A stretch of 64,000 nucleotides of DNA from Psammoneis japonica. Its lineage: Eukaryota. Positions 11,537-25,212 of this stretch are shown one piece after another (the first letter of the stretch is position 1; every line of letters starts with the position of its first letter). The stretch is taken from the NCBI GenBank assembly GCA_008632985.1, contig QPGO01000069.1:310001-374000 (forward strand). The letters run 5' to 3'. Below the pieces are notes generated by a model. The model saw nothing but the letters and a program-made list of their open reading frames with translations, was not told where the DNA came from and ran no database searches. The position numbers and the translations under genes were made by a program.

Positions 11537-13059
11537 ATGAAGACACCCAGTGTGTTCAAAAAGAGCTTGGGAGCTTTGGCCTTTTTGATTTTGTTTCTTC
11601 CGCTGCACAAGTTTTTTTCATGGTTGCCTTTCATCAAACGACTTCTGCTGCCGCCGACCAACAACAAACAGCCCTGTCGTCCATGCTGGAGCAAAGCAAA
11701 ACAACAACAACTATACACGACGTTACAACAAGAAAGATGGAACCTTTAATGGATTGTATCTCATGTATAGAGAGCCACTCCCCACGTCTCATGCACACTG
11801 TGTGGGAGAAAACTATCGAGAACATTCTTGGATTGGGCGGTCTTGTGACTTTCGATACTTGTGTTTCGATACGAGCAACACGAGTTTGTTTTGTTTCGAT
11901 CCGAAATTGAAGCCAAGCTCACAAAGCCTTGGGAGCGACCAATCATAACTTTACGGATGTTCCACACAATATCGAATGATTCTCACGTTTCGATAGGAGG
12001 CATCAATTTGAAATGGAACAAGAGGGATATGACCGACTCAAGTGGTTTCCCAAGATTGTGGATGTTGAAAGCATGACGGAACAAACGGGCTTTTATGAAT
12101 TGCCATCGGATGTGGTTTGGATTCCGATTCATTCGCTTGCCGGATACAATCCCGGTCATTTAGTTTGGGACGACCTTTTGCCGACCTATACGTTGCTGTC
12201 CATGTTTATGCACTTGGACGACAAGAAGCGTCCACTCTTGATGCGAATGGTTCTAAGAGACCCCCTCTGGGCTTCATGTGACTTTGAACCAAAAAAGAAG
12301 CTCTGTCAAACCATGATTCGAAAGTTTATTCCAATGATGGGTATGGATCCGACTTCGTTTAGTACCTTTCATGACTTTGCATTCAACACCACCAACGGTG
12401 AACCACCCAAATCAAAGTATGTTTGTGCTCGACACGGAGCAGCCGGTATTGGAATGTTGACTGATCACGGAACCAAGTTGCATGGATGGAGTCATGAGGA
12501 TTATGAAACGACACACAATCACGGACGAGCTGCAAATTTTTATCAATTTCGAAACTTTTGTTTACAGAATTTGGGCATACCCGTCAAGCCAGCCAATGCC
12601 AAACCGCCATTTAAGGTTACCTTTTCCGTGAGTTCATCGGCACGTGCCGTTGGAATATACGGTAATTTGGATCATCAAATTGACGCTGTCGAAAAGGCCT
12701 TTCGTGGTGAGGAGGTGATTGTACAAAAGTACAAAATGAGTGACCTTTCGTTAAAAGAGCAAGTACAGATTGCAGCCGACTCGAACATATTCATCACCAT
12801 GGCGGGAGGGGGTGCGGTCACTGCGTTTTTCCTTCCCAAGGGGTCGTCTTTGATTTTGTATTATGATGAGATGGGTGGGGTTCACAGAGGTAGACCAAAC
12901 AAGCGTCCCGCCAGATTGGACTGGGACATTTTCAACAATGCGGCACACATTTCAGCCCATTGGCTCCCGCTTCGAACATTCAAGAAAGACGAGGATGTTG
13001 AGGCCTTGGTTCAGCTGATACGATATGAACTCGACAGCATAAAGGCACTGTCCCAATGA
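11537..13059 (+). CDS. Putative glycosyltransferase (GT61/DUF563-like), type II membrane; frameshifts in 5' part
   Basis: N-terminal TM, HCVGENY...RSCDFRYLCFD, NPGHLVWDD, SLKEQVQIAADSNIFITMAGGGAVTAFFLPKGS. Confidence 0.7.
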
Positions 13060-13499
13060 TGTAGATGACTCTGAGAAGAATTGAGGTATAGAGGACTAGT
13101 CTCAATCCTGCGTACCGGTAGTTTCATCTCCGATTCAATCCATACCTAATACTACTCTTCTCTGCTATACTTACTCCTAGTAGTAGCTAATAGGGGCCCT
13201 CCTAACAGTTGCTCTCTACTCTCTAGCTCTAGAGCTAGAGTGAGGAGTCGTCCCCGCCCGCCCCTCGCTCGCCCGCCCTATCCCGCCCGCGCGCCCTTCA
13301 AGCATGGTCGGTGTCCGTCCGTCCATCCATGTTCAATGTTATGTTCATCGTCGTCATTCGTCCTTGGCCATGGCGATATGGCGAGGAAAGCGTTGACGCA
13401 AGCGGTGGTACTATATGAGCAGAGACTGTGACTCATTGAATTGTCGCTTCTGTTTATTTCAATGACACAGCATAGATGCAAATAAAGCTCTCTTACGCC

Positions 13500-15089
13500 A
13501 TGGTTGGAATACGAAACGGTATGTTCTGAAGCAAGTGTGCGCAGAAGGGATCTTGATCTCGGCGCTTCTAACTGTCGATTACGTTGTTTCTTTCTGATCA
13601 GGAATCGTCTTTGGTCTCTTGGCGGTATTGGGGCTAGTGATTGCTATTGGAGAGCTTTTTTACCTTCATTCTCAGTATTCGTTTCACGATGAATTACACC
13701 ATCCGCCGCCGCTCGTGGAGAAGAGCGAGAATCATCAATCAGTTCCAATCATCGCGGCTGAGAATGCACCAAAAGACGGGACTTTTAACGGTTTGAATAT
13801 AGCATACAGGAAGGGAAACATCACTTCTAGTGTACACTGTGTTGGGGAAAATTACCAAGCAGACTCATGGATGTATCGATCCTGTGACTTTCGAAATCTG
13901 TGCTTTGACACTGAGCAACACGAGTTTGTCTTGTTTCGCTCCTCCAAAGAGTCGGCCTTGTACGAGGCCCTGAACAAAACCCAACATGAATACATAGATA
14001 TCTCCACCACATCACATACCAACGTTTCTCTTGGTGGCATTAATCCAAAGTGGGTAAACGAATGGGATCGAATGAAATGGTTTCCACAAATGATCGAGAC
14101 GGACGAATTGGAGAATGTGGGCTACTATGAATTGCCTTTGAGTACGGTTTGGATTCCCTTCCATTCTCTTGCCGGCTTCAATCCCGGACATTTGGTGTGG
14201 GACGACTTTTTACCGATATTTACACTGCTTTCCATGTTTTCGCACGTTCAAGACAAGAGACAACCCTTGATGATGCGCAAGGTTATGCGACCCTATCTTT
14301 GGGCAACATGCGACAACAAGGAAAGCAATACGATAACATGCCGCGCCATGTTTCGAAAATTTTTACCCATTATGGGTATCAATCCCGACTCGTTTAGCAC
14401 CTTTGACGATTTCATGTTCAACACAACGGATGACGACTCGGCTCCACGATCAAAATATGTTTGTGCTCGACACGGTGTCGCCGGAATCGGAATGCTGACG
14501 ATCACGGAACCAAGTTGCATGGATGGAGTGCCGAGGATTATAAAACTACCCATAATCATGGACGAGGTGCCATCTTGTACCAATTTCGAAACTTTGTGCT
14601 GACCAACTTGGGTATTCCAATCAAGCCGGTGATTGCAGAACCTCCCTTCAAGATTACCTTTTCCATTAGCTCGTCGGCTCGCCCAAATCGCAACGTTGAC
14701 ATGAAGACTCAAATGGATGCAGTCCGAAACGCATTCCCTAATGATACTGTTATTGTGCAGGCCTTTAAAATGAGCGATCTTTCCTGGCAGAACAGGTCAA
14801 AATTGCAGCCGAGTCAACCGTTTACGTGACGGTTTGTGGCGGTGGTGCAGTGACGGGGATATTTCTTCCACGGGGATCAAGTTTGATTGTGTTTTACGAT
14901 GAAAAAGGTAGCTTGGAGGGCAACAGAAAAACTGGACTTCCTGCACGGCTCGACTGGGATGTTCTCAACAATGCTGCGTATCTCCGAACGCATTGGTTTC
15001 CCACTAGAAGCATGTCTACTCAAAATGACATTGACGCTCTTGTGGAGCTGATACGTTACGAAATCGATCTGATGCGATTAAATCAATGA
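13500..15089 (+). CDS. Tandem paralog of GT61-like glycosyltransferase; probable intron ~13519-13601; frameshifts near 14500 and 14790
   Basis: Same motifs as 11537-13059 (HCVGENY, NPGHLVWDD, DHGTKLHGW, ARLDWD) spread over three ORFs. Confidence 0.7.
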
Positions 15090-15425
15090 CCTCTTAAAAA
15101 AGAAAGGTTGTACGGTATGCTCTAGGAGCTAGAGAGAGTCTACATTAGGTTGTTAGAAGTCTATAAGTGTTTGAATCTTTTTTCGTCTGTCATCGCACGA
15201 ATGTTGGGTGGAGCTTCTGGCTGACGGTACCAGAAACTCTGTATGCTTCCACATACTCGAAACTCAGTATCTTTGAACGGACTTTGTAAATAAGTATGCT
15301 AAAATTGTCGAAGCGCGCCATTTTCTCGCCGTCGCTCCGCCGTCGCCTCGTCGTCGTCGTCCTCGTTGTCAACAAAAAAAGAAACAACACAATCGTTGTT
15401 TGTTGTCTGTGTTGTCTGCCGAACC

Positions 15426-16948
15426 ATGAGCGCCGCTGTCGCCGCTCCACCCGCGGATGTCCCTGAAACTGAGAATGTCGAGATGGAGGACGCACCAGTA
15501 GTTGAGAACCGATACACAAAATCGACGGACGCCGGCAAGAAAAGCACGGCTGAGAACGAAGTCCTGTACAGCCCCGAGCTGTTGGGTATGTACTACTCCC
15601 GCCTGTTTCCCTATCACCTAATTCATGATTGGTTAAGCTACGATCCTTCGTCGTCTCCTGAAAAGAAGTCGCCTATTTTCTCGCATCGAGAATTTTCCTT
15701 TACGATTGAAAAGGGTAAGGAGGAGATCTACCTTCGTTATCAGAGCTTTGCTTCTGAAGCTGAACTCCAAGCGGCCATTATGAAACGCCGTCCTGCAAAG
15801 ATCGATATCGGCGCCGTTTTCTCTCATCCACCCAAGGATCACAACGCGGTTCAGGGTAAGTTTCATCCTGAGCAGCGCGAGTTGGTGTTTGATATCGATT
15901 TGACCGACTATGACGAAGTGCGCAACTGCGGATGTTCCCAAGCCAAGATTTGCAGCAAGTGCTGGACTCTCATGACCATGGCTATTAAAGTCATGGACGA
16001 GGGATTGCGTGAGGACTTTGGTTTTGAGCATATTGCCTGGTTCTACTCTGGACGTCGTGGTGTGCACGCCTGGGTATGCGATGAGAAGGCTCGGGAACTG
16101 CCAAACGATGCTAGGAGTGCTGTGGCAAGCTACTTTGAGGTAAGACTTTGATTTTCGTGTTATCAATGCGTGGTACTATGCCAATTTTGTTCTCAAGATT
16201 TGTTCGCTGCATAAACTAGGTTTCTCTGGGAAGCGAGAAGAATAAAAACGTGACCTTGCCTCATCCCCTACACCCCATGCTCGCTCGTGCCTTTTCTGTT
16301 TTGGAGCCCATGTTTATCAAGAACATCTTACCCGCTTCTGGACACGGCTTACTTGCATCTCCCGAACAATGGAACAAGCTTCTCGGAACCTTACCGGACG
16401 CTGCTCTTCCGGTGAAGGAAAACTTGGAGTCCAAGTGGGCCGAAGACGATAGCACTCCGCTCGAAAAGTGGAAGGATCTCAAGAAGCACTTAAATATTCT
16501 CATTGGCAAGGGCAGCCATGCCTCAAAGTCGCAAAAGAACTTTTCAGCTGGGGATCGAAATCGCATTGAGTTGTGGCCCGTCGAGGCCGTGCTCCGTTAC
16601 ACCTATCCCCGTTTGGATATCAACGTGTCCAAGATGCAGAACCATCTTTTGAAGTCGCCTTTTTGTGTCCACCCCAAGACGGGACGTGTCTGTGTTCCTA
16701 TTCAAGTGGAAAAGGTGCAAGAGTTTGATCCCTTTGCCGTGCCTTCGCTCCCACAGTTGATGCGGGAATTGGATGACTACGAAAAGGACGACGAATCACG
16801 TGACGTCGCACACAATTGGCAGAAGACAAGCCTAAAGGAGTCCTTTGGCTACTTCCAAAAGAAGTTTCTCGAACCGATGAGGAACGAGCTACGGAGAAAT
16901 CAGCGTGCGGCTGCAGAAGAACAAGCCGCTGTAACTGGCGACTTTTGA
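15426..16948 (+). CDS. PRI1: DNA primase small (catalytic) subunit; intron ~16140-16219
   Basis: REFSFT, KIDIGAV, RELVFDIDLTDYD, YSGRRGVHAWVCD, YPRLDINVSK..NHLLKSPFCVHPKTGRVCVP. Confidence 0.95.
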
Positions 16949-17932
16949 AGACACGGTGATGATAGGTAGGGGTACTGTGGGATTGTCAATGAAAGCGGTA
17001 GTCGTTAATGGATGAAATTCACAGTGTCGAATTCTATAAGTTTATTGTTACTGTCATATCCATATAATATTTTCGCTGGTGTGCTCCTTCAACACAACAA
17101 TGAGACTACTGCAGTCCGATCCATCCAATTCACCATGCCTTGGCGCGGTTGGGGATCCGCTTGACTCCTCTCGACATACGACTGAAGCAAGACAACCCCG
17201 ATTTCATCCCATGGTGGGTGAGCTCAGTTCTTTCTGGTTTCCGGATACGGCTAACGCTCACTTGCTACTTGCTATAACGCTCTTGCCGGTGTGTACTTAT
17301 GGACAAGACAACATTCAGCGCTTCTTTTGCAAAAGACGTGTCTTTCACTCTCACAATTTGCGATTTTGGCGCGATCGAAACTGCCCCGATAACTATTTTC
17401 TGGACACTTTTTTGTCGGATGCCAGCTAACGAAAATGTCTGAATCCTACTTATGGATTTGTCTCGACAAGACAATCTTGCGTGGCGATTGTTAATTGAAG
17501 ATATCCAATATAGATCTTTGTGTGGTTTATAAGTCCTGACTCGTATGCTACATTATACACAGTGCCCTTAATTGAAGGCAATTGACAAACAATATGTGAT
17601 GTTAAGTAAGGTCTAGTTCTCGTGTCTTATGACCTTATGTCGCGGGAGATAAAATGCCAAAATGTTATTGCGGAAGTATCCTTCTCATAATTGGTTCAGA
17701 AACGTTTGGACTTAGCCTTACTTATGGGTTCCGTCGGGATTTGAATAAAAATTCCAAAAGTGGATCTCACCTCACACAACGAAAGCCGATCTCTGAAAGT
17801 TTGAACACAGCCTGCCGAAAAGCGATCGAGCACCTTGCTATCAAACTTTCCCGATTACATCAAACTCCGCTTGATATAAAAAATCCGGAGCGATAATCGA
17901 TAACCTCAGGATACAAACATCAGACAGCGAAG

Positions 17933-20900
17933 ATGAGTTCGACATCGTGGAAGCGGACAACGATGAAATGGGGACTGCTTTTGTTCTCCTCTGGGCTACT
18001 GGGTGCTGTTTACATGGCACGCACTCAAGGCAACGAGAGCTCATCGGATCAGTCTCATATGGTCAAGACTATCGTGATGCCTTCTCGCATGGAGTTGGCA
18101 GCAGACAATCTTGAGCCGGTGTTCCGCGATTTGGAAATGGTTCGCGCTTTTGAGAAAGATAACGCAGACCTTGAATTGATGGAGTCGGCCAAACTTTTGG
18201 ATAGGTCTTGGGACAGTGATGGCAAACTCAGGAAAGTCTACAGCGCCTCGTACCCCCAGGAAGGCGAAGTGTCTTGCACTTTGTCTCACCGTCGTGTTCT
18301 TGAAAGCTTCCTCGCCTCCGAAGCCGAGACCATGCTTGTTCTCGAAGACGATGCTGTCCCCATGACAGGTGATGTGAACCAAGAAATTGAAGAACTTCTC
18401 GAGGTCGCCCCTCAAGGTTGGGACTACATCAATCTTGGTCGATGCTGGGACGTTTGTGATGCTCGTCGCAAGCAGGTTGTTGCTTCGTTCAACGTTTCAA
18501 ACACCGCAAACGTATCCAAGAAGGGAACTTTGGAGAAGAGCTTGGGCTGGGAGATGTGCACTCATGCTTACTTGGTTTCTCGCGCCGGTGCCGAAAAGCT
18601 TCTTCAGTACACCCAACCAATTTTGTTGCCATATGTGAGTGAAAATTGTCGAAACAAAAACCTCGTTACTATATCGTCGTGAAACTCTCAAAAAGCTTGT
18701 CTTATTTTACAGGATCACACCGTTAATGTTCTCGGACGACAAGGAATCCTCGACATGTACTTTACCTCGCCGAGACTTTTCACTCAGTCTGAAGAAACCG
18801 ATAGCATGTTGCGCTCCCAGGAAGACAACGTAAAGCCTGTATGTGATCCTAACGGTGACAAGAGGGCCAAACTTCTCGAGACCGAGGTTCCCCTCTACGA
18901 CAGGTACATCATGGCTAAGATCAACCGTTCTCCCGTGCAGAGTATGGTGAGCATCGAGACCATGCTTCTTCAAGAGTCGGGTGAGCCTGAGGTCGCCGAA
19001 GAGATGCGAGAGAAGCTTCTGGATAACCTCTGCTCTCGTGGTAAGGACGAGTTCTGCATCCGCGAAGCACACGTCCAACGTGAGGTCGCACAACACTGTA
19101 CCATGCATGGAGGTTTCAATGCTCTCGAGCCCGATGCAGCCAGTGAGGATCTTCTCAACGAATTGGACGAGGCTGGCCTTGATGGTGTTGTTATCTGGGG
19201 TCTCCGTCCGGAAGACTCCCACTCACACCGATTCGTCCACTCGGCCATCTACCGTTCCGTTGAGTACGCCCTTGATCGTTCGCCGGTCCCGCGCCACCTT
19301 TGCTATTTGAAGGAAACACCAGGAGTTGATCTTGGATCTGCTCTCTACAACGACAGCAGCCGTGGCAAGCTTGCGAACTCTCTCGTGTTTACTTCTCCCA
19401 AGCACATGACCTGGTCCGACGATATGGGATTCCTCACCCTTCCCATTGAAGAGTCGTCCCTTTACGTATTCCATGGTATGACTCCAAGACCTCACGAGTC
19501 CCTTAAGGAGATCGGACGCGCCGTTGAGTGGGAAACGTGGGGCCCGGATGGTCACATTCCAGTTTTTGACTCTCAAGAATTCGTCCGTGGAGACGTCTGG
19601 AGACCTCACAACGGATGTGAATTGGACGAGCAAGGCAAGCACTTCGAATGCGCCCAGGAACGTTTGATCGTCATGCCATGGGCTACCGAGTTGCTCCCAT
19701 CCGAGATTGCTGAGAACAAGCAACGTATTGAGGAGCACCCTATCTCCGTCGACGAGCAGCAAGGTATGCACTTTGTTGGTACCATCTGGTACTGCAACCT
19801 TGATGAATTTGTTGGTTTCACCCGTGGATGCCTCGAGGAGAACGTCACTGTGACTCGCCACGGTAAATTCTTGCTCTCCAACAGTATCGACGAGCTCAAG
19901 GGCTTGCCCAACTTTGAGATGAAGGACGACTTGGATGATATGTCCGTCGAGGATGTGTTCCAGAAGTCACACAGTGCTTATGCCCCTGCCTTCCAGGGTA
20001 GCTGCCACTTTGATAGTAACGGTGGCCAGTCCTACATCGCCGATAGGTTGTTGAACGTCATTGCCATGGGTATGTACCCAATGACAAACAACCCTGCCGC
20101 GGTCGAGTTCTTGGGAGGATCATCTGCCATTGTCTACAGCGAAGACGAGGAAGAACTGTGTTCCGCCGCCACTACCCATGATGTTGAACCAGAAGCCCTT
20201 CCAGAACTTATGGATTTGGTTGCCAAGGATCACACTTACATGGCACGTCTCAGTACCATCTTGCGCTTCTTCCGCGGTCCCATCGAGGCTAGCAACGGCC
20301 CTCTGGTCGAGAACAGGGCTCATTTGGACGAGGATATGGATGAATTGATCATGGACGGTGACGTCGAGGTCGACATGGAGCGCAAGCTTGCTGCTGATGA
20401 CTTCGATGCCGACGAGTTGCACGAGTTCGACGCCGAAGCCGAGGAACTTGAAGAGAGGATGCTGTTCAACATCGCTTCGGGTGTGGGTGCCATGCCCGAG
20501 CTTAACGTCATGAAGAAGGCCGCATCCCCAGACGGTCGCAGGCGCAAGCTTGTAGCTGAACCCGATGAAGATGCCTTTGACGCCGACGAGTTGCATGAGT
20601 TTGATGCCGACGCTGAAGATCTTGAAGAGAGGATGCTGTTCAACATCGCTTCTGGTGTGGGTGCCATGCCCGAGCTTAACGTTATGAAGAAGGCCGCATC
20701 CCCAGACGGTCGCAAGCTTCAGGCTGAAGAATTTGATGCTGATGCGTTGCACGAGTTTGATGCCGAAGCCGAGGACCTTGAGGAGAGGAACCTGTTCGAA
20801 GTCGGATCAGCGCTTGGTGCCGTCCCGGAACTTACCTCGAACAACAACTCGGAGACTCCTTACAAGAAAGTCAAGACCATGGCAAAGCTTAAGAAGTGGG

Positions 20901-21109
20901 CAAAGCGCAACAAGTACAAGATGAGGATGGAAAAGAAGCCAGGTTTCAAGATCCCCAAGAGGCTCAGGAAAATGAACAAGAACTATATGTTGTCGCAAAA
21001 GAAATATCCAAAAAAGAATACGAGTTGGAGTCTTGGAAGCAGCAGCGACGATAAGCATCGTGCGCTTGAAGCACCCAAGCATACTTTCGGTTGGTTGCCA
21101 CAGCTTTAG
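17933..21109 (+). CDS. Glycosyltransferase family 25-like domain + second GT-like domain + C-terminal repeat tail; intron ~18635-18712
   Basis: GEVSCTLSH, LVLEDD, WDYINLGRC, CTHAYLVSRAGAEKLL; splicing gives LLPY|DHTVNV.. in frame with 18755-21109; YIADRLLNV...MTNN...KDHTYMARL resembles GT-B C-termini. Confidence 0.7.
20381..20835 (+). repeat. Three imperfect coding repeats (FDADELHEFDAEAEELEERML FNIASGVGAMPELN...)
   Basis: Near-identical nucleotide and peptide units visible at ~20400, ~20575, ~20730. Confidence 0.9.
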
Positions 21110-22066
21110 AGCATTCTGAATGCCGTGTTAGTGCACTCTGGAAGGAGTGCTGTGTTGTACTTTTAGGAGCGTAATGTGAAGTTATGCATGTTTTTATGAA
21201 CTCTCATGTCTCTAGTCATATTGACGATTCCATAGGGACTACTCTCTACTCTTTAAGTGCCGGTAGCTAGCTAGTAGAGAGCGGCTTCTCTCTGTCTAGC
21301 TCTAGGGAAAGTGGGAGTGCTGAGTAGAGACCCTCTGTCTATTCTACAACAAGTATCTGCTGCTTCTAGCTCTCTACTAGAGAGTAGTAGCTACTAGCGA
21401 GCTAGAGCTCTACTCTCTAAAGAGTAGAGTAGCTGATAGATACAGAGCGAGGTAGTGACCTCCACTCTCCACTGCGCGCGGACCAGTTTGGAATTTTGGC
21501 GCAAAAACCGTTCTCCGGGTCCCCGTCTTGCGGGACAAGAACGTTCTACGTATTTTTCGTACCAATTCATCCGTAGAACACTGTTCTCGTTTTGTGACAC
21601 GATTCTTCTCTTCGCGTGACATCGATCGTTCTCACAATTCCAATTCGTTCACACTCCACGATTACACAACTGATGTGATGAGAAAGAGACACAAGGCATA
21701 GTATTTGTCGTTGATGATTGCACCTCCAATTCGTCCGGATTGTATCGTTGAACGCTTCCAGATGCACCTTGCATGATTCTGTTTCGCTTTCGTGGTGATT
21801 GCAATGATTGAGTAGTAGTTGGTGTTAGTCGTGTTTTTTCGTTCCGCCTTCTTCGAAACTCTTGCGCAGATGGATACAATGAAGCTTACCTACTAGAGAG
21901 AACGCACACTATGGAATATTGGAGTTGGTTTAGTTGCCTCCCTGCATTCGTTCGCTGCTTCTTCACGTCAAACCGAGCCCTCCGAGTTTATGAAATCGAA
22001 AGTTCGCATTGCGAGTGAGTCAAGTTGTTCTTCGTCGGGTCAGTAGAAGCGTCCGTTTGTTCTTCG

Positions 22067-22880
22067 TCAAACAAGAGTACTCTTCAGGTAGAGCGCAAGT
22101 ACAATAGCATTCTCGTAGCTTGATTGAGGCTTCAAGATCGACATCAGGATCGTGTATGGCTCCCCATGACTTCCGAGTGATTTGACTCTACAGATCGTTT
22201 CTCCGCGCTTCAAGTCGTCCCCGAGTACGTGATAGATGTGTCTGGCACGTTTGATTTCAAGTTCGACGTCCTGTTTTCTGTTTGTAACAGCACCTCCCAA
22301 GTACAAGTAGCGTTTCGCCCACGGCATTGAGATTTCCTTCCCAAGCACAAGTCGTTTTCCTCCCCTGGCACTGAGATTGATCATCGCGTTTATCTAGCAC
22401 TCCGCCCACCGCATCGAGATTCATCTTCTTGTATAAATTTCCCAAAGTAGTTTGCTTCTTTCCGTGGTTCACCGCTGATGGTATCAACAATTCCAAGTAA
22501 GTCTCTCCCAAGTCCTCTCGAAGATGTATACAACAAATTTGACTTGTCCAGTTGCAGGTTAGACCCTTCGGTGTGATTTACAAGATTGGCTTTCAAGATC
22601 AAAACAAGACCGATTGGAGACAAGGAAACACGCAACAACGTCTGCCAGACAGCTTCTTCTTCAAGGACTCAAGTTGTTCTTTTGGTGTCGATACAACGTC
22701 ATTCTACCCCACCCGATACTTGACAATATCGAGATGGCTCATCTCCAAGGCTACGATTGGCAAGGATGGAACGAAACAATAGAAGGAAGCAGTTATTGGC
22801 TTTTCCACCAAGCAGATTCATTACTTCGTTGGCGTCTACGATTCCAAGCCCCACCCAAATACTCGACAATTTTCCGTGTA
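22067..22880 (-). CDS. Hypothetical protein, fragmented by frameshifts
   Basis: Consecutive overlapping minus-strand ORFs 22390-22638, 22257-22511, 22067-22384 with protein-like composition. Confidence 0.3.
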
Positions 22881-23131
22881 TGATACATATAGACCGTAGA
22901 AGTAGCTACTGCGCGGTACCTCTTACAGTAGAAAGAATACATGATTAGAGTTGCATTTTTCATACAGTTAGTATGTATCCTACTCTACTACTAAAGTAGC
23001 TAGAGAGAGCCAGCTACTCTAGAGTAGTGGAGTCTGTCTCCGCTGCGGCCTGCAATACCATACGCATTAGCATGCAAGAAAAGCAGAGAATGGGAAACGA
23101 ACCGACGCGACCGCTGCCTCTATGCGTAAGA

Positions 23132-23458
23132 TTACTTTGTCCTCTCTTCTTTTACTTCAGAGATTGGTGGCTCTGACAGTATCGCCTTCTGAATCTTGGA
23201 CGATAGAACAGCTTTGGCAGTATCGCGATCGCATCGAAACATTGCTGCTCCCGGCGAAAGCTGCAGAAACACGGATCCGCTGGTATCCCCACTCACGAGC
23301 TCAGACTGAGCGACTCGCAAGGCATTTAGATGATTCTCCTGGGTTTGATCCGACATGCTCAAGTCTTTTCAAGAGGTGTACCGCTGTGAAATAGTCTCTA
23401 GCTCGTATGTAGTCTCAGAGCAGAAGCAGCTTGTGGTGACCGTCCGTGACCGCCATGA
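23132..23458 (-). CDS. Small prefoldin-like (ASDURF/PDRG1-like) protein; 5' end uncertain
   Basis: Helix - VFLQLSPGAAMFRCDR hairpin - helix organisation. Confidence 0.35.
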
Positions 23459-24288
23459 TGGGAATGAAAACAGTGTGGAAAATCTTCTCACGGGCGCGCT
23501 CTCCGCGCACATCCTGGAATCCTGAATCCTTAGTACTCGAGCATTGCATGAGCCTCAAGTAGTCTAACGCGACCACGAGAGTAGAATACTCTAGAGAATA
23601 CAGTAATCAAAAGCATACAAAGCGACACTGGTAATCCGAGATAGTAAATTTGACTGACCAGGAGTCAACCACCTGCCGGCATTGGTGCCGCTGTCGCAGG
23701 TGGCACTCCCATTCTGTTGGTCGAAGTGGCACTGTTGTGATCAATTGCAACGAGGAAGAAAACATCAACTCATCGTCTGATGATATTGTCATCAACCAAC
23801 AACATTCTGCAGGTTCTACGAGTACACCTTTTTTGTACTATTATAACATTCGCGAGAACCCCATCTCCCCCCTCCGATCGTGCGCGAACATTTTAAAGAA
23901 CTCGTAGTGTTCTCTGGGGGGAAGTTCGTCGAACAGCGCGACATACTCTCTAAAGAGAGATATTCGAATTCGCATGGAGCCACCTTTCTTTCTTTTGGTT
24001 GGTCCCTGATCCGCATTGATAGCTGGTCACTCGGCAGTGCTGCTACCGGTACATGACTATGACCGTCTCGATGTACAGTAGCAACTAGATGATTCCTTCC
24101 CGCCACCTCTCGTGCATTGTTACACATTACTAAATTTTCCTTACTGAAGCTGATTTTATGGGGCCAAAGGTTATAACTTGCATTACTAGGGTTTTAATGT
24201 AGCAACCTTTATTGTGTAGGGGTCCACTTTTTAGTAAAGACTGCCGCGAGATGTACCTGTCATCTGTCGCCGCACTGACACACAACTT

Positions 24289-24729
24289 CTATTGGCGCAA
24301 AGACTCCCTGACATATGCCAATGCTTGCTTCATGTCCATGGCACGCTCACCAAGCTCTGGTACATAAGGATCTGTCGCTCCCAACTCAACAAACTTATCC
24401 GTTGTAGCAATAAGTTGGTCCATCTTGCCATCAATCTTGCGCACCAGGATGTCAAAACTATCCAAGAGCGCCACGAAATCTGTTGAAGCATTGGGTCCAG
24501 CGATGCCACCTCTGTGGCTATCAGCTGCTTCCAATTCTTCCACAATATCCCAGGCAACTCGACACTCTTGACTCGTTGGGTCGTCGGCGCAGATTCGGTT
24601 GGCTTCTTCAATGGCTGCCTCGACGGAATCATACAAGTTTAGCGTTGTTGAGCGACGAGGAACTGGCCTAGAAACGGTAAAGGCGCCAGCCGTGGTGGCT
24701 ACCAAAGAAAGGACAAAGGAGATCCTCAT
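24289..24729 (-). CDS. Plastid-targeted CP12-domain protein
   Basis: Signal peptide ending AGA-F, then AIEEANRIC...ECRVAWDIVEELEAADSH (CP12 AWD_VEEL core). Confidence 0.75.
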   Translation of the reverse strand: MRISFVLSLVATTAGAFTVSRPVPRRSTTLNLYDSVEAAIEEANRICADDPTSQECRVAWDIVEELEAADSHRGGIAGPNASTDFVALLDSFDILVRKIDGKMDQLIATTDKFVELGATDPYVPELGERAMDMKQALAYVRESLRQ

Positions 24730-25212
24730 GGTCGTGTCACTTTTTGTTTTCGATGTACCTAATAAGTTGGCATGACACAAAGAACACAAAGAAGACAATA
24801 GGAAAAACACAAACGAACGAGAAAGCGAAAATCTTTTCGCGCGCGGATTCGGTCGGATCGCATGGATCACGCACTGGCGGGCGCGCGTGGTAACGGTATG
24901 CTGACGTCAGGAGATTGAAGGCGCAAGAGCCTAAAGTCAATCATATTCATGAGTACCATTTAGAGCGTAAGATTTCTACACACGTAACTTCTAACGATAC
25001 CTTCCGTATTTAATGGAATCTGGACTTCAGCTCACACATCGCTGAGAACCAAAACTCAGAGTTGAGTTTTCAAATTCGAGATTCCCTCCCCATCTTGAAC
25101 AGAGCTCATCGCGATCTTTCGCCGACGCAACGGCAACAACACGTAGAAATCTACGTAGACTACACGTATGTGGTCACGTAATCCATTTCCCCATTGCGAA
25201 AGTCAAGAGAAA

